Source: Escherichia coli 042 (GTDB lineage: Bacteria > Pseudomonadota > Gammaproteobacteria > Enterobacterales > Enterobacteriaceae). From it: DNA of 64,000 nucleotides. How positions within the stretch are numbered: the first letter of the stretch is position 1; each line of letters opens with the position of its first letter. The notes under the pieces were generated by a model. That model was not told the DNA's origin and ran no database searches. It saw nothing but the letters and a program-made list of their open reading frames with translations. A program made the position numbers and the translations under genes. Shown here piece after piece: positions 12,921-23,531 of this stretch. The stretch lies in the NCBI RefSeq assembly GCF_000027125.1, contig NC_017626.1; one strand, 5' to 3'.

Positions 12921-13721
12921 TCACCACCAGGCGTGGAAGTGGTGAACCGGACCAATACCGTGACCAACTTCCAGCGTGTCGGCCTGGGCTAATGCCGATG
13001 AAAGCCAGCTTTTTGCCTCCTGTACGGTGTCAGCCCAGTTTGTATGGCGCGGGTGCAGTGCAGCCAACGCCGCAGAGAGCGTACAACCAGTGCCGTGAGT
13101 GTTTTTGGTCATAATGCGCTGTGCGGTAAACCGTTGTTCACCCTCGCGGGTAAACAGCCAGTCCGGGCTTTGCTCATCATCCAGATGACCACCTTTCATT
13201 AGCACTGCGCCACAGCCCATCGCCAACAGCGATCGCCCTTGTTCCAGCATTTCCTGTTCGGTGCGCGCGTGTGGCGCGTCGAGCAAGGCGGCTGCTTCGG
13301 GCAAGTTTGGCGTTATTAATGAAACCTGTGGCAATAATCGACTGCGTAGCGTGGCAACTGCCGAAGGTGAAAGCAGCGGGTCGCCGCTTTTTGCCAGCAT
13401 AACGGTGTCGAGTACCACGTTTTGGATCTGATAACGTTGCAGCCGTTCTGCCACCGCTTCAACAATATCGGTTTCCGCCAACATACCGATTTTAGTGGTA
13501 TCGATTCGCACATCGCTGAACACCGAATCGAGCTGGGCGGCGACAAAATCAGGCTCAATGCGATAAACCGACTGTACGCCACGGGTATTTTGCGCCACCA
13601 GCGCGGTGATTACCGAGCAACCATACGCACCTAGCGCCGAGAAGGTTTTAAGATCGGCCTGAATCCCCGCACCACCACTCGGATCAGTACCGGCAATCGT
13701 CAGAGCGTTAATTCGTTTCAT
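12921..13721 (-). CDS. thiD: Hydroxymethylpyrimidine/phosphomethylpyrimidine kinase
   Basis: 266-aa ORF; PfkB-like kinase directly downstream of thiM with 4-nt overlap. Confidence 0.92.
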   Translation of the reverse strand: MKRINALTIAGTDPSGGAGIQADLKTFSALGAYGCSVITALVAQNTRGVQSVYRIEPDFVAAQLDSVFSDVRIDTTKIGMLAETDIVEAVAERLQRYQIQNVVLDTVMLAKSGDPLLSPSAVATLRSRLLPQVSLITPNLPEAAALLDAPHARTEQEMLEQGRSLLAMGCGAVLMKGGHLDDEQSPDWLFTREGEQRFTAQRIMTKNTHGTGCTLSAALAALHPRHTNWADTVQEAKSWLSSALAQADTLEVGHGIGPVHHFHAWW

Positions 13722-14506
13722 GCCTGCACCTCCGGCGTCAATTGCCAGAGCGCATCAAGGAAATGTGGAACAAAACTGCCTGGCCCCTCGCTTCTGGCGA
13801 CTGCGCGTTCTCCGGCTTGTTTCATCCAGTGACAGGCAGATGCGACGTTTTCCAGCATATCGCCGGGTAACGCACAACAGGCAGCGACAACCGCCGATAA
13901 TGCACAGCCAGTTCCTACCACTTTGGTCATTAACGGATCGCCACCGTGAATGCCAATGATACGATGTCCATCGGTAACATAATCCACCTCGCCAGTGACC
14001 ACGACGATTGCGCCAGTTTCCCGTGCCAGTGTTTGTGCAGCGGGTATCGCATTAGCTGCGGCGTCAGTGGTATCCACTCCCCGTCCGCCATTAGCAATGC
14101 CAGCTAATGCCATGATTTCCGAAGCATTACCACGTATGGCTGTTGGCTTATGAGACAGAAGTTCCAGACAAAAACAGCGGCGATAGTCGAGTGCACCAAC
14201 CGCAACCGGATCAAGCGTCCAGGGTGTTTGAGAGCGTTTTGCTTGCTCAACGGCGGCACGCATCGCCTGTGCGCGTGGCTGCGTCAGTGTGCCAACGTTA
14301 ATCAGCAACGCACTGGCGATAGCCGCAAACTGACTGGCTTCTTCGGTTTCGATAACCATCGCTGGCGATGCACCGAGCGCCAGTAAGGTATTGGCAGTAA
14401 AAGTTTGCACCACATCATTGGTCATGCAATGCACAAGAGGGGAATGTTGGTGAAAAAGGTGTAACGCGTGCGCAGATTGCGCGGAACTCAGCAGGTCGAC
14501 TTGCAT
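13718..14506 (-). CDS. thiM: Hydroxyethylthiazole kinase
   Basis: 262-aa ORF preceded by a TPP riboswitch. Confidence 0.92.
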   Translation of the reverse strand: MQVDLLSSAQSAHALHLFHQHSPLVHCMTNDVVQTFTANTLLALGASPAMVIETEEASQFAAIASALLINVGTLTQPRAQAMRAAVEQAKRSQTPWTLDPVAVGALDYRRCFCLELLSHKPTAIRGNASEIMALAGIANGGRGVDTTDAAANAIPAAQTLARETGAIVVVTGEVDYVTDGHRIIGIHGGDPLMTKVVGTGCALSAVVAACCALPGDMLENVASACHWMKQAGERAVARSEGPGSFVPHFLDALWQLTPEVQA

Positions 14507-14509
14507 AGT

Positions 14510-14640
14510 TTGCTCCTGCCATAACGTGAAGAAGCAATGACCTGGTGGTCCGTGACTTCCCTACGCTGGCATTATCCAGATCAGGTGATACGGGTATTTC
14601 TCAGCCTTCACGCAGAAGGGCACCCCGAGTCGTTTGATTG
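14510..14640 (-). ncRNA. TPP (thiamine pyrophosphate) riboswitch, thiM leader
   Basis: Minus-strand sequence ...ACGACUCGGGGUGCCCUUCUGCGUGAAGGCUGAGAAAUACCCGUAUCACCUGAUCUGGAUAAUGCCAGCGUAGGGAAGU... contains the THI-box (CUGAGA) and matches the classic E. coli thiM aptamer as I recall it. Confidence 0.9.
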
Positions 14641-14728
14641 CGATGATAAATCGCAGAGGAGGATGGTAATGTCCAGCGCACCCGTTGTAAACGAGGAAAA
14701 ACGGCAGTTTTACAATCGCGTTAATAAA

Positions 14729-15001
14729 TTATTTGATATATGAATCCAGCACCTTCAGAACGACATCCAGATCTTCTTCACGTTTTAGCTCATCCCCCTG
14801 GTGAACGATGTGTTCCGTCAGATGACCTTTAATCACTTCCCGCATCAGACCGTTTACCGCGCCACGGATAGCAGCAATCTGTTGTAAAACTGCAGCGCAT
14901 TCGTGCGGCTCGTCGAGCATTTTCTTGAGCGCCACGACCTGGCCCTGAATCTTACTGGCACGCGCTTTCAGTTTCTGTTTATCACGGATGGTATGAGACA
15001 T
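14729..15001 (-). CDS. rcnR: Ni/Co-responsive transcriptional repressor RcnR (CsoR/RcnR family)
   Basis: 90-aa ORF starting [10 protein letters not shown] with conserved His/Cys ligands; divergent from rcnA. Confidence 0.92.
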
Positions 15002-15049
15002 GGCAACACCTGGTTAACAAGAATATGAAAAATCATAGCACTATTAATC

Positions 15050-15084
15050 TACTGGGGGGTAGTATCAGGTACTGGGGGGGAGTA
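15050..15084. promoter_or_regulatory. Two RcnR operator sites (TACT-Gn-N-AGTA) in the rcnR-rcnA divergent promoter region
   Basis: tactggggggtagta (15050-15064) and tactgggggggagta (15070-15084): inverted TACT/AGTA half-sites flanking G6 and G7 tracts. Confidence 0.85.
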
Positions 15085-15121
15085 GAATAAGATTGCCGAA
15101 TTAATACTAAGAATTATTATC

Positions 15122-15967
15122 ATGACCGAATTTACCACTCTTCTTCAGCAAGGAAACGCCTGGTTCTTCATCCCCAGCGCCATCTTACTTGGTGCGCTTC
15201 ATGGCCTGGAACCAGGGCACTCAAAAACGATGATGGCGGCGTTTATCATCGCCATCAAAGGCACCATTAAACAAGCGGTGATGCTCGGACTGGCAGCAAC
15301 TATTTCGCATACCGCAGTGGTCTGGTTAATTGCCTTTGGCGGGATGGTGATCAGCAAGCGCTTTACTGCTCAATCAGCAGAACCGTGGCTCCAGCTGATT
15401 TCCGCAGTGATCATTATTGGCACCGCGTTCTGGATGTTCTGGCGTACCTGGCGCGGCGAACGCAACTGGCTGGAGAATATGCACGAGTATGATTATGAGC
15501 ATCATCACCATCATCACGATCACGAACATCATCAAGACCACGAACATCACCACGACCATGGACATCATCACCATCACGAACATGGCGAGTATCAGGATGC
15601 CCATGCACGAGCCCATGCCAATGACATTAAACGACGCTTTGATGGTAGAGAGGTCACCAACTGGCAAATTTTGTTATTTGGCTTAACCGGTGGCCTTATC
15701 CCCTGCCCGGCAGCAATTACCGTGCTATTGATATGCATTCAGTTGAAAGCCCTGACACTGGGCGCAACACTGGTCGTCAGTTTCAGCATTGGCCTGGCGT
15801 TTACGCTTGTCACCGTAGGCGTTGGCGCAGCAATCAGCGTTCAGCAGGTCGCAAAACGCTGGAGCGGATTTAACACTCTCGCTAAACGCGCCCCCTATTT
15901 TTCCAGTCTGTTGATTGGCTTAGTCGGTGTGTATATGGGCGTACATGGCTTCATGGGCATAATGTGA
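15122..15967 (+). CDS. rcnA: Nickel/cobalt efflux protein RcnA with histidine-rich cytoplasmic loop
   Basis: 281-aa membrane ORF; central HEYDYEHHHHHHDHEHHQDHEHHHDHGHHHHHEH segment encoded by a codon repeat at about 15480-15600. Confidence 0.92.
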   Translation: MTEFTTLLQQGNAWFFIPSAILLGALHGLEPGHSKTMMAAFIIAIKGTIKQAVMLGLAATISHTAVVWLIAFGGMVISKRFTAQSAEPWLQLISAVIIIGTAFWMFWRTWRGERNWLENMHEYDYEHHHHHHDHEHHQDHEHHHDHGHHHHHEHGEYQDAHARAHANDIKRRFDGREVTNWQILLFGLTGGLIPCPAAITVLLICIQLKALTLGATLVVSFSIGLAFTLVTVGVGAAISVQQVAKRWSGFNTLAKRAPYFSSLLIGLVGVYMGVHGFMGIM

Positions 15968-16188
15968 TAACTCAATCCTTTAGGCTTGCATGTTATCTTC
16001 AGCCCAGGATGATTCTTAAATCAGCTATTTCCGCTGACTCTCTGCTCGCTAAGGATGCTTTTAGGGCATCCTTTCATTTACACTTTTTACGAAATCATGG
16101 GAGCACTAACAAAATATCGCTTGTCAGTTATATTGTATGGCAGGAAAGATATGCGACTGATATTACAGATCCCCAAAGTGGAGAGTTT

Positions 16189-16527
16189 ATGACCATTAAA
16201 AATAAGATGTTACTGGGTGCGCTTTTGCTGGTTACCAGTGCCGCCTGGGCCGCACCAGCCACCGCGGGTTCGACCAATACCTCGGGAATTTCTAAGTATG
16301 AGTTAAGTAGTTTCATTGCTGACTTTAAGCATTTCAAACCAGGGGACACCGTACCAGAAATGTACCGTACCGATGAGTACAACATTAAGCAGTGGCAGTT
16401 GCGTAACCTGCCCGCGCCTGATGCCGGGACGCACTGGACCTATATGGGTGGCGCGTACGTGTTGATCAGCGACACCGACGGTAAAATCATTAAAGCCTAC
16501 GACGGTGAGATTTTTTATCATCGCTAA
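16189..16527 (+). CDS. rcnB: Periplasmic protein RcnB (Ni/Co homeostasis)
   Basis: 112-aa ORF with signal peptide (MTIKNKMLLGALLLVTSAAWA); the ORF track's longer upstream extension is not supported by an RBS. Confidence 0.85.
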   Translation: MTIKNKMLLGALLLVTSAAWAAPATAGSTNTSGISKYELSSFIADFKHFKPGDTVPEMYRTDEYNIKQWQLRNLPAPDAGTHWTYMGGAYVLISDTDGKIIKAYDGEIFYHR

Positions 16528-16552
16528 AAAAATCCCCCTCATCATGAGGGGG
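16526..16552. terminator. Bidirectional hairpin terminator between rcnB and yehA
   Basis: A7 + ccccctc-atcat-gaggggg hairpin; minus-strand reading gives hairpin followed by U7. Confidence 0.7.
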
Positions 16553-16608
16553 AAATGCAGACACCTTGTTATTTTTTATTATTAGCCACTTGCTCGTCTT
16601 GCTTGTTA

Positions 16609-17643
16609 TTAGTCGTATTTCACGTTGATTAATGCGGTTGCCTCCAGTGCGCCAGATTTAACTTTGTTTGTATCGTAGACGTAGTAACTGGCTGTTATCG
16701 GAATTGAAACCGTTGTATCTGTAAGTTTTGACTTTGCCGCAATTTCTTTTAAATTTGTGTATCCTTTACTGCTGTTAGTGATATTTAAAAGTGTGACTGG
16801 CGAACCATTACTTTCAAGAATAAATCCTACGCCATTATCTTCCGCACCTTTCAGTATTGTGTTGCTGTTGGTTAACAAGTCAGAACTTGATAAATACACC
16901 TGCATTTTCCGTGATGTTTGATTTTGTTGACCTAATAAACTTTTACAACGCAGAATAATATCCCCTTGTTTACTATTTATTGTTGCTTTGTTACCTGTGG
17001 CTGGTAATTGTGAAACGGGAATGCTGTCTAAAGTAATTAATAAATCGTCCGGTTTGCAGGTTGTGGTTATCGGGTTGTATGACAATGTCAGATTAAAGGA
17101 ATAGACACCTGCATTTTGTGCCAATGCATTTCTGTAGTTATTTACACATGCATCCCATGACTTGCCACCTAATAAACACAGTAGAAATTGTACTGCGGCA
17201 CTCCCGCGTGTCGATGATGAAGCACTGGATAATGTCGCAACACCATTAATCATCACTGAACCGCCGCCCCCCGCAGAAACATTCACTTTTGCATTACTGG
17301 CCGCAGGTGTCACCGTAACTGAATAACCACTGGTGAAACTGGTCTGATTATTTGACAACGTGATGTTGTTTTTATTGGTCCATTCAAAATGTAAATTTAA
17401 TTTTATGGTATCGTTATAAAGTCCAACAATAATATCCGACGGGCTCATAGGGGTGATAGTATTTGTACTCACGCATGACGAATCATTAAAAGTATGCTCA
17501 TATGTCGCCATTTGTGTTTGACTAAGTGCAAAATCCCCCTGAACAACCAAGTTGTGCTGAACAGATAACTCACTATAACATGCCGCATAGCTCACAGGCA
17601 TAACCATCATCATTAATATAAATTGCATTATGCGAATTTCCAT
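16609..17643 (-). CDS. yehA: Fimbrial adhesin-like subunit of the Yeh chaperone-usher fimbriae
   Basis: 344-aa secreted ORF, Ser/Thr/Asn-rich, last gene of yehDCBA. Confidence 0.8.
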   Translation of the reverse strand: MEIRIMQFILMMMVMPVSYAACYSELSVQHNLVVQGDFALSQTQMATYEHTFNDSSCVSTNTITPMSPSDIIVGLYNDTIKLNLHFEWTNKNNITLSNNQTSFTSGYSVTVTPAASNAKVNVSAGGGGSVMINGVATLSSASSSTRGSAAVQFLLCLLGGKSWDACVNNYRNALAQNAGVYSFNLTLSYNPITTTCKPDDLLITLDSIPVSQLPATGNKATINSKQGDIILRCKSLLGQQNQTSRKMQVYLSSSDLLTNSNTILKGAEDNGVGFILESNGSPVTLLNITNSSKGYTNLKEIAAKSKLTDTTVSIPITASYYVYDTNKVKSGALEATALINVKYD

Positions 17644-17658
17644 AGAACCACCTGACTA

Positions 17659-20154
17659 TTACTGGCAAATATAATTTCTACTTTCATCAATCTCTTTACC
17701 GAAGGTGATTGTGCATGAAAGTCCTTGTTGCTTATCAATTGCTACATTAACCGATGGCGGAACTTCATTGGTGCGAATAAATAACTGGCTTCCCTGGCCG
17801 ACAACGCCAATATTATGACCATGGATATCATTGACTTCATAACCAAACGTTAATGGTTGCCCATCCGTTCTTAACGCTTTTATAAACCAGGGCTTGCGCT
17901 GATCGGTATCAAAATTAACCAGTACAACCGCGCCGCGATAAGGTGCGGCAATTTTCCGGTTACCGCGCAATTCTGCTTCGCTATCGCTTTGCGACACATC
18001 CAGCATCAGGTGATTTTCCCGATAAGGTGTCATTCCGTCGTATACCACCACTCCATTACGGTTTGTTGTGCGATATTTTTGCCCATTGACATAAGCATCT
18101 TTAATTCCTGGCGCATTCATCACTGCAAACGTTTCGGAAAGACGGTTCGCCAGATTAACGCCACCCGACCAGGCGACAATGCCCCCTGAAACACTGGCTC
18201 CAGCCTGTCGATAAGTACTCGACTGACTATAACTGCCATTCACCGTTGCCACCGGCGCGTTCCAGGTTAAATTCGCTCCAGCTGTTGTTTCATTTCCCTG
18301 ATGCTGATGACTCAGGTTGACCCCATAGTTAAATTGATCCCGGTTTCCAACGGTTCCCGATAATCCCGTATTATTTGAGGCAAAACCCTGATCATCAAAC
18401 GTCGTTGAGTTAGACATATATATTTGCCGACGAGGCGTCGTAACGTCATCACCCCAATCAAAGGGAATCGATATAAAAATATTAAAACGTTTCTCTTCAT
18501 GATGATTCTCGTCATAAGCCTGGCTTGCCGCGAGGGTATAGCTTATCCGTCGCAGGTTGTTGGAATAACTCAACTGATAATCCTTACTGCTGCCGCTACG
18601 CCCCCAGTAATCTCGCCATAACGTACTTAAGGACACAGAACCCCAGCCTTCTGGCAATGACTGGCTCATATTGGCAGAAAAGCTATTTTTACGGCCAAAA
18701 TCGTTCTGGTAATAATCGGCAATGTCATAGATATCGTTTTCATCACGGCGATAATTATCTTTATTGTTTGCCCAAACGTGATCGTTAAATGTCCGGTAAT
18801 CACGCGACGAATAACGCCAGGCCGCCAGACCAAAACGCGTCGACGTTTGGCTCACAAATTTGTTGTAGGCAATTTGATAACTTTGCCCGTCAAACACATC
18901 GCCGTTGTCTTGTTTACTATGCGACTTCGTGGCATCGACGGAAATGGCACCAATGCGTGTATTCCAGCTAGTCCCCAAAGTGAACGCGTAATAATTATTC
19001 GCGACCATCGATCCGCCATACAGCGTCAATAAGTTATTAAAACCATACTGATAACCCGCCTGGACAAAATCACTTTGTTTGCTCGCCCCTTCAATATGGC
19101 TACGACCCGCCGCAAAATCATATTTCGACACGCCAGGTTGCAGCATATTCGGCACCGCTGCATAAGGCACCAGATAGGTGGTTACCGAACCGTCCGCCTC
19201 TTTCACGCTGACATCAAGATCTGCTCCACCACCGGCCAACTGCAAATCTGTAATCGCAAACGGGCCAGGAGGAACCTCTTTCTGATAAACCACAAAACCG
19301 TTCTGTTCAATAGTTACCAGCGCGTTACTCTGAGCAATCCCCTGCACCCGTGGCGTAAAATTTTGTTTCGAGTTAGGCAACATCTGCATATCACGAAACA
19401 ACCGCACACCGCTGAAGCGAACAGAATCAAAAATATCGCTTGATGTGTACATATCACCCACGCGAAGCGTGCCGAGAAGTTGGGCAAATCCACGTTCCAG
19501 ATACAGGGTATTGCTTTTCCACACCCCTGGATTGTTATTTGTTTTACTGAAACTGGCATCAGAATGCAGTTGCCACCCCAGTAAATTTAACCCGCTGTTA
19601 AAACGTACATATGTACTCTTGTTATTACCCGACGCTTTATAGTCGCTGTAATACTGACTCACATAATAAGAGGTATAAAACGCATTAATACCCCGCTCCC
19701 AGTTTTCCGGTGGAACATAGCCACTTTCCAGTTCTTCCACCCAAGCCTGCGGGACACTGAAATCGAGACGAAAAACCCCGATATCCCAGCTATAGCTCCC
19801 ACCCTGAACAAGTTGCTCAAATGTTAAACATTGCTTACCACTGGCGAAGTTATCGCTATTAATGCCTAACCGCTTGATAACTTCTCTTGATAAACATGTT
19901 TCTTGCGGGTTGTCTTTAACAATGATCTCATATTTCCCGCGCCATTGCTTATTGACATAAATATCGATGTCATACTGCCCCGGCAAGGGTTGATTATCAT
20001 CAAGACGAATATTTGCAACCTGCTGGTCTTTCATTCCACCTATCATAAAATGGGTATCAAAGGTTTCTTCAGCTGCATAAGCTTCAATGCCGAGCAATAA
20101 CGCTACGATTGCTGATGCAAGTGGGGTCATTCTCAACATAGACAGCTCCTGCAA
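17659..20154 (-). CDS. yehB: Outer-membrane fimbrial usher
   Basis: About 830-aa ORF with usher-family features; start may be 15 nt downstream (MLRMTPLAS...). Confidence 0.88.
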   Translation of the reverse strand: MQELSMLRMTPLASAIVALLLGIEAYAAEETFDTHFMIGGMKDQQVANIRLDDNQPLPGQYDIDIYVNKQWRGKYEIIVKDNPQETCLSREVIKRLGINSDNFASGKQCLTFEQLVQGGSYSWDIGVFRLDFSVPQAWVEELESGYVPPENWERGINAFYTSYYVSQYYSDYKASGNNKSTYVRFNSGLNLLGWQLHSDASFSKTNNNPGVWKSNTLYLERGFAQLLGTLRVGDMYTSSDIFDSVRFSGVRLFRDMQMLPNSKQNFTPRVQGIAQSNALVTIEQNGFVVYQKEVPPGPFAITDLQLAGGGADLDVSVKEADGSVTTYLVPYAAVPNMLQPGVSKYDFAAGRSHIEGASKQSDFVQAGYQYGFNNLLTLYGGSMVANNYYAFTLGTSWNTRIGAISVDATKSHSKQDNGDVFDGQSYQIAYNKFVSQTSTRFGLAAWRYSSRDYRTFNDHVWANNKDNYRRDENDIYDIADYYQNDFGRKNSFSANMSQSLPEGWGSVSLSTLWRDYWGRSGSSKDYQLSYSNNLRRISYTLAASQAYDENHHEEKRFNIFISIPFDWGDDVTTPRRQIYMSNSTTFDDQGFASNNTGLSGTVGNRDQFNYGVNLSHQHQGNETTAGANLTWNAPVATVNGSYSQSSTYRQAGASVSGGIVAWSGGVNLANRLSETFAVMNAPGIKDAYVNGQKYRTTNRNGVVVYDGMTPYRENHLMLDVSQSDSEAELRGNRKIAAPYRGAVVLVNFDTDQRKPWFIKALRTDGQPLTFGYEVNDIHGHNIGVVGQGSQLFIRTNEVPPSVNVAIDKQQGLSCTITFGKEIDESRNYICQ

Positions 20155-20829
20155 TTAAATTTTGTCACTAATATAGTTGCCGTGGTCATCGATAATGGTC
20201 AGATACCAGTTGTTTGCATTATTACTTTTGACATTAACACTCTGACTTTCTAAGGGGGCAATCATAATAGTTTCATAATTGACTTTGACATTATTAGCTT
20301 TGACATCCGAAATCGTCACCCAATTAGCTGAGTCATTTTTTATCACCAATCCATTGCCACTGCGATTTATCAGTAACTTTTTAAAGGTCGCTTTATTCAC
20401 CGGAGCAATACCCGCCGGCCGGTAAAACAATTTGATTCTGTTTTGCATTGCAAATTTCAGTGCATTCTTGCCCTCTTGCTCTGGACTATTTGGTGGAATA
20501 TCCAGAACATTCAGATAAAAAATGCTCTCTTTATTAGTGGGCAGTTTATTCGGCATAATTTTGATTTTTACTTGCTGCCCGGAATTTTCCCCTATTTTTG
20601 CCACTGGTGGCGTTAACATGAAAGGAACCTGAATTTTTTCTGGTGGTAACGACGTATCACCATCATCAATCCACGCCTGCAGCAGCGAAGAACGGTTTCC
20701 CTGGTTCATCAACTGCACCATCACTTCTTTGTGCTCTGCCGGGTAAATAATACGCGTCCCGTAGATAACAATACCGGCATGTGCAGGAAGGACCATAGAA
20801 GAAATGAGTAAAGCTAATAATCCTTTCAT
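20155..20829 (-). CDS. yehC: Periplasmic fimbrial chaperone (PapD-like)
   Basis: 224-aa ORF with signal peptide and chaperone-like fold signature. Confidence 0.85.
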   Translation of the reverse strand: MKGLLALLISSMVLPAHAGIVIYGTRIIYPAEHKEVMVQLMNQGNRSSLLQAWIDDGDTSLPPEKIQVPFMLTPPVAKIGENSGQQVKIKIMPNKLPTNKESIFYLNVLDIPPNSPEQEGKNALKFAMQNRIKLFYRPAGIAPVNKATFKKLLINRSGNGLVIKNDSANWVTISDVKANNVKVNYETIMIAPLESQSVNVKSNNANNWYLTIIDDHGNYISDKI

Positions 20830-20909
20830 CTTAATGCCTCTTAAATTAAAAGGCCGCCATGGGGATAGCGGCCATGTTTATTAACTGGAGAAACTTGAAA
20901 TTTTATTTA

Positions 20910-21452
20910 TTAATCCTGCGCCACACGCATAACCAGAGAAGATAACACATCACCTGATTGCACTGAATTATCTGTCAGCTTCAGGTATTTTGCTTTAAAC
21001 GGAATAGCATATTGACCTTCCGCTGTTTTATAACTCTCAATGTTAAAAGGTGCAGAAACATCCAGGACATCGCTGTTATCACCTAAATAGAGATAGTACC
21101 CCACGGTATCGTTGCTACTGGCTATCGCCTTATCGTTTCCGGTTATTTTATCGTTGGTAATCAACGAGAGTTTTACACCAGCAACTTCTTTCGGACAGCT
21201 AATTTTTAACATGCTGCTGGTTACACCGACTGCATCATCATAGGTCGAGTATTTAGCTTTACCTTCAAAGACAGTGGTTGGTACAGTTGGCATATTAATA
21301 CTTACTGAATCGCCACCCGCTTCGAATTTACACGGAGATTCTGCAATATTCCCTTTAATGGTTAATGTTCCGGTATCAACGTCTGCGGCAAATACCCCAG
21401 CGCTCATAAAAAAAGAAGAAAAGACAGCGGCAGCAATAATTGAACGTTTCAT
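20910..21452 (-). CDS. yehD: Major fimbrial subunit
   Basis: 180-aa ORF with signal peptide and conserved Cys pair; first gene of the operon. Confidence 0.85.
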   Translation of the reverse strand: MKRSIIAAAVFSSFFMSAGVFAADVDTGTLTIKGNIAESPCKFEAGGDSVSINMPTVPTTVFEGKAKYSTYDDAVGVTSSMLKISCPKEVAGVKLSLITNDKITGNDKAIASSNDTVGYYLYLGDNSDVLDVSAPFNIESYKTAEGQYAIPFKAKYLKLTDNSVQSGDVLSSLVMRVAQD

Positions 21453-21675
21453 AATATGTTCCTTAATAAAATTTATTTTTGGTTGTTAAGAGTCTGTGTC
21501 TCTTGGAAACAAATTTCTCACATCAAAAAAGTTGCCGCAATGTAAACACATTGTTTTATTGATTTAAAACAAATTAACTATTGCAATATAAATACAACAA
21601 ATACTTAAGCATATTAAATATTTATCACATCTATTAATTAATGCAGATTTTTGTAAATGGTATTATTGATATCAA
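21453..21675 (-). promoter_or_regulatory. AT-rich promoter region of the yeh fimbrial operon
   Basis: About 220 bp of very AT-rich DNA upstream of yehD; such regions are typical of H-NS-silenced fimbrial promoters (inference). Confidence 0.45.
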
Positions 21676-21713
21676 TAAAAAAGCTGAAATCATTCACACG
21701 AATGATTTCAGCT
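21676..21713 (-). terminator. Rho-independent terminator downstream of yehE
   Basis: Perfect 14-bp inverted repeat agctgaaatcattc/gaatgatttcagct with 4-nt loop, followed on the minus strand by U5. Confidence 0.75.
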
Positions 21714-21746
21714 TTCTAAATCCGATTAAAAAACCAGGGTGGCAAA

Positions 21747-22028
21747 TTAATCGTAGCGATTTAACACGATTCGACGTTTGCTATCGCTACCTGCAACAAC
21801 CACTTCTGTCGTTACACCTTTGACTGGCGAAGAAACCTGATGACGGGTATCAACATCATACGTTAACTGACCACAATGCTGTTGAGGTTGACCATTAACC
21901 ATAGCCATACTGCATGTTGGGGGACTGATCCTGCCATTAATCGTTAATGTGGCAGTCTGTGAAGAGAACGCGGGAGAAGCCATTCCATAGGCAAGAAAAA
22001 TAATTCCTGACAGCCAGTACTTATTCAT
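21747..22028 (-). CDS. yehE: Small secreted protein of unknown function (DUF2574-like)
   Basis: 93-aa ORF with signal peptide; gene order. Confidence 0.7.
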   Translation of the reverse strand: MNKYWLSGIIFLAYGMASPAFSSQTATLTINGRISPPTCSMAMVNGQPQQHCGQLTYDVDTRHQVSSPVKGVTTEVVVAGSDSKRRIVLNRYD

Positions 22029-22290
22029 TGAACGTTATCCCTGTAGTAAAGGTTATGCCTGGATAGAATGAGTGCATAACAAACTATAGCTGTACATCCA
22101 CTACACAGCCACGAAGGATGATAATGAAGCATTGCCTGTACGATCAATCGACTTTATAGAGTTTCGGACGAAGGTCCGCAGAATATTCGCAGCATTAAAT
22201 AAGTGTTCATTAATGCGGCAAAAACAAATACACCGCATCAATGTAACATCTCTGCGGTGTATGAAAAGCAACCAAAAAGGTTAATACGCG

Positions 22291-23400
22291 TTAGACCGCG
22301 CGGAAGGAAATCTCGCCAGGAATGACTTCTCCCTGCCAATAAAGCTGGGCTGCAACGCGGTCAGCCAGCTGGCGGTAGATAGCGGTAAATTCGCTCTCCG
22401 GACGGCTGATAACCGTTGGCGTGCCTTTATCGAGATCTTCACGTAAGGAGATGTGTAACGGCATCTGCCCCAGCAACTGCGTGTGGTATTTCTCGGCCAG
22501 TTTCTCTGCACCACCGGTACCGAAAATCGGTTCATGGTGACCACAGTTACTGCAAATATGCACACTCATGTTCTCGACAATACCGAGCACCGGAACCTCG
22601 ACTTTCTCGAACATCACAATGCCTTTTTTCGCATCGATCAACGCAATGTCCTGCGGGGTGGTGACCACTACCGCGCCAGTTACTGGAATGTTTTGTGCCA
22701 GTGTCAATTGAATGTCACCGGTGCCTGGCGGCATATCAAGCACCAGATAGTCGAGATCCGGCCACAAGGTTTCCTGCAACATCTGCATTAACGCCTTGCT
22801 CGCCATCGGACCACGCCACACCATCGCATTGTCGTCAGTGACCAGATAACCAATTGAATTGGTTGCCAGTCCATGAGACATAATCGGTGCCATATGGGTA
22901 CCGTCCGGCGAAGTTGGACGCTGATTTTCTGCGCCCAGCATGGTGGGTATTGATGGGCCGTAGATATCGGCGTCCAGAATGCCGACTTTCGCCCCTTCCG
23001 CCGCCAGTGCCAGCGCCAGGTTTACCGCCGTGGAGGATTTACCCACGCCGCCTTTACCGGAGCTGACCGCAATGATGTTCTTCACGCCGTTAATTCCCGG
23101 CTGATTCTTCACGCGTTTTAAGGTGGCGATATTGTGCGACAGTTTCCAGTCGATAGCTTTCGCCCCGGTGATGCGCAGCAGTTCGGCGCTACATTGCTCT
23201 TTTAACTCTTCGAACGCGCTATGCCAGACGAATGGCATAACCAGTTCCACATGCAACGTGTCGTCCATCCAGGCGACATGGTGCAACGCTTTCAGCGTGG
23301 TGAGGTTATGCTTCAGGGTTGGGTGCTGAAAATTGGCCAGTGTCCCGGCGACCATTGCGCGCAAGGCTTCTGGTGATTTGGCCTGGGATTGTTCGTTCAT
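22291..23400 (-). CDS. apbC: Fe-S cluster carrier ATPase ApbC/Mrp
   Basis: P-loop GKGGVGKS Walker A and CxxC motif; the ORF track start at 23430 is a likely over-extension, MNEQSQ start preferred. Confidence 0.9.
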   Translation of the reverse strand: MNEQSQAKSPEALRAMVAGTLANFQHPTLKHNLTTLKALHHVAWMDDTLHVELVMPFVWHSAFEELKEQCSAELLRITGAKAIDWKLSHNIATLKRVKNQPGINGVKNIIAVSSGKGGVGKSSTAVNLALALAAEGAKVGILDADIYGPSIPTMLGAENQRPTSPDGTHMAPIMSHGLATNSIGYLVTDDNAMVWRGPMASKALMQMLQETLWPDLDYLVLDMPPGTGDIQLTLAQNIPVTGAVVVTTPQDIALIDAKKGIVMFEKVEVPVLGIVENMSVHICSNCGHHEPIFGTGGAEKLAEKYHTQLLGQMPLHISLREDLDKGTPTVISRPESEFTAIYRQLADRVAAQLYWQGEVIPGEISFRAV

Positions 23401-23531
23401 CCCGACTCCTTTTTTGTATAGATAAACCATCAGCTGATAGTTTACCTGAAGAATATAGAGAAGTACTTACTTAACATTTTCCCATTTGGTACTATCTAAC
23501 CCCTTTTCACTATTAAGAAGTAATGCCTACT

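Noticed and set aside
15374-15686. Several 64-97 aa ORFs on both strands over the rcnA His-rich region
   Set aside because: Artefacts of the repetitive cat/cac codon tract; rcnA in the plus frame explains the region.
21641-21823. 60-aa plus-strand ORF in the yehD-yehE intergenic region
   Set aside because: Spans the yehE terminator hairpin and AT-rich promoter DNA; no RBS.
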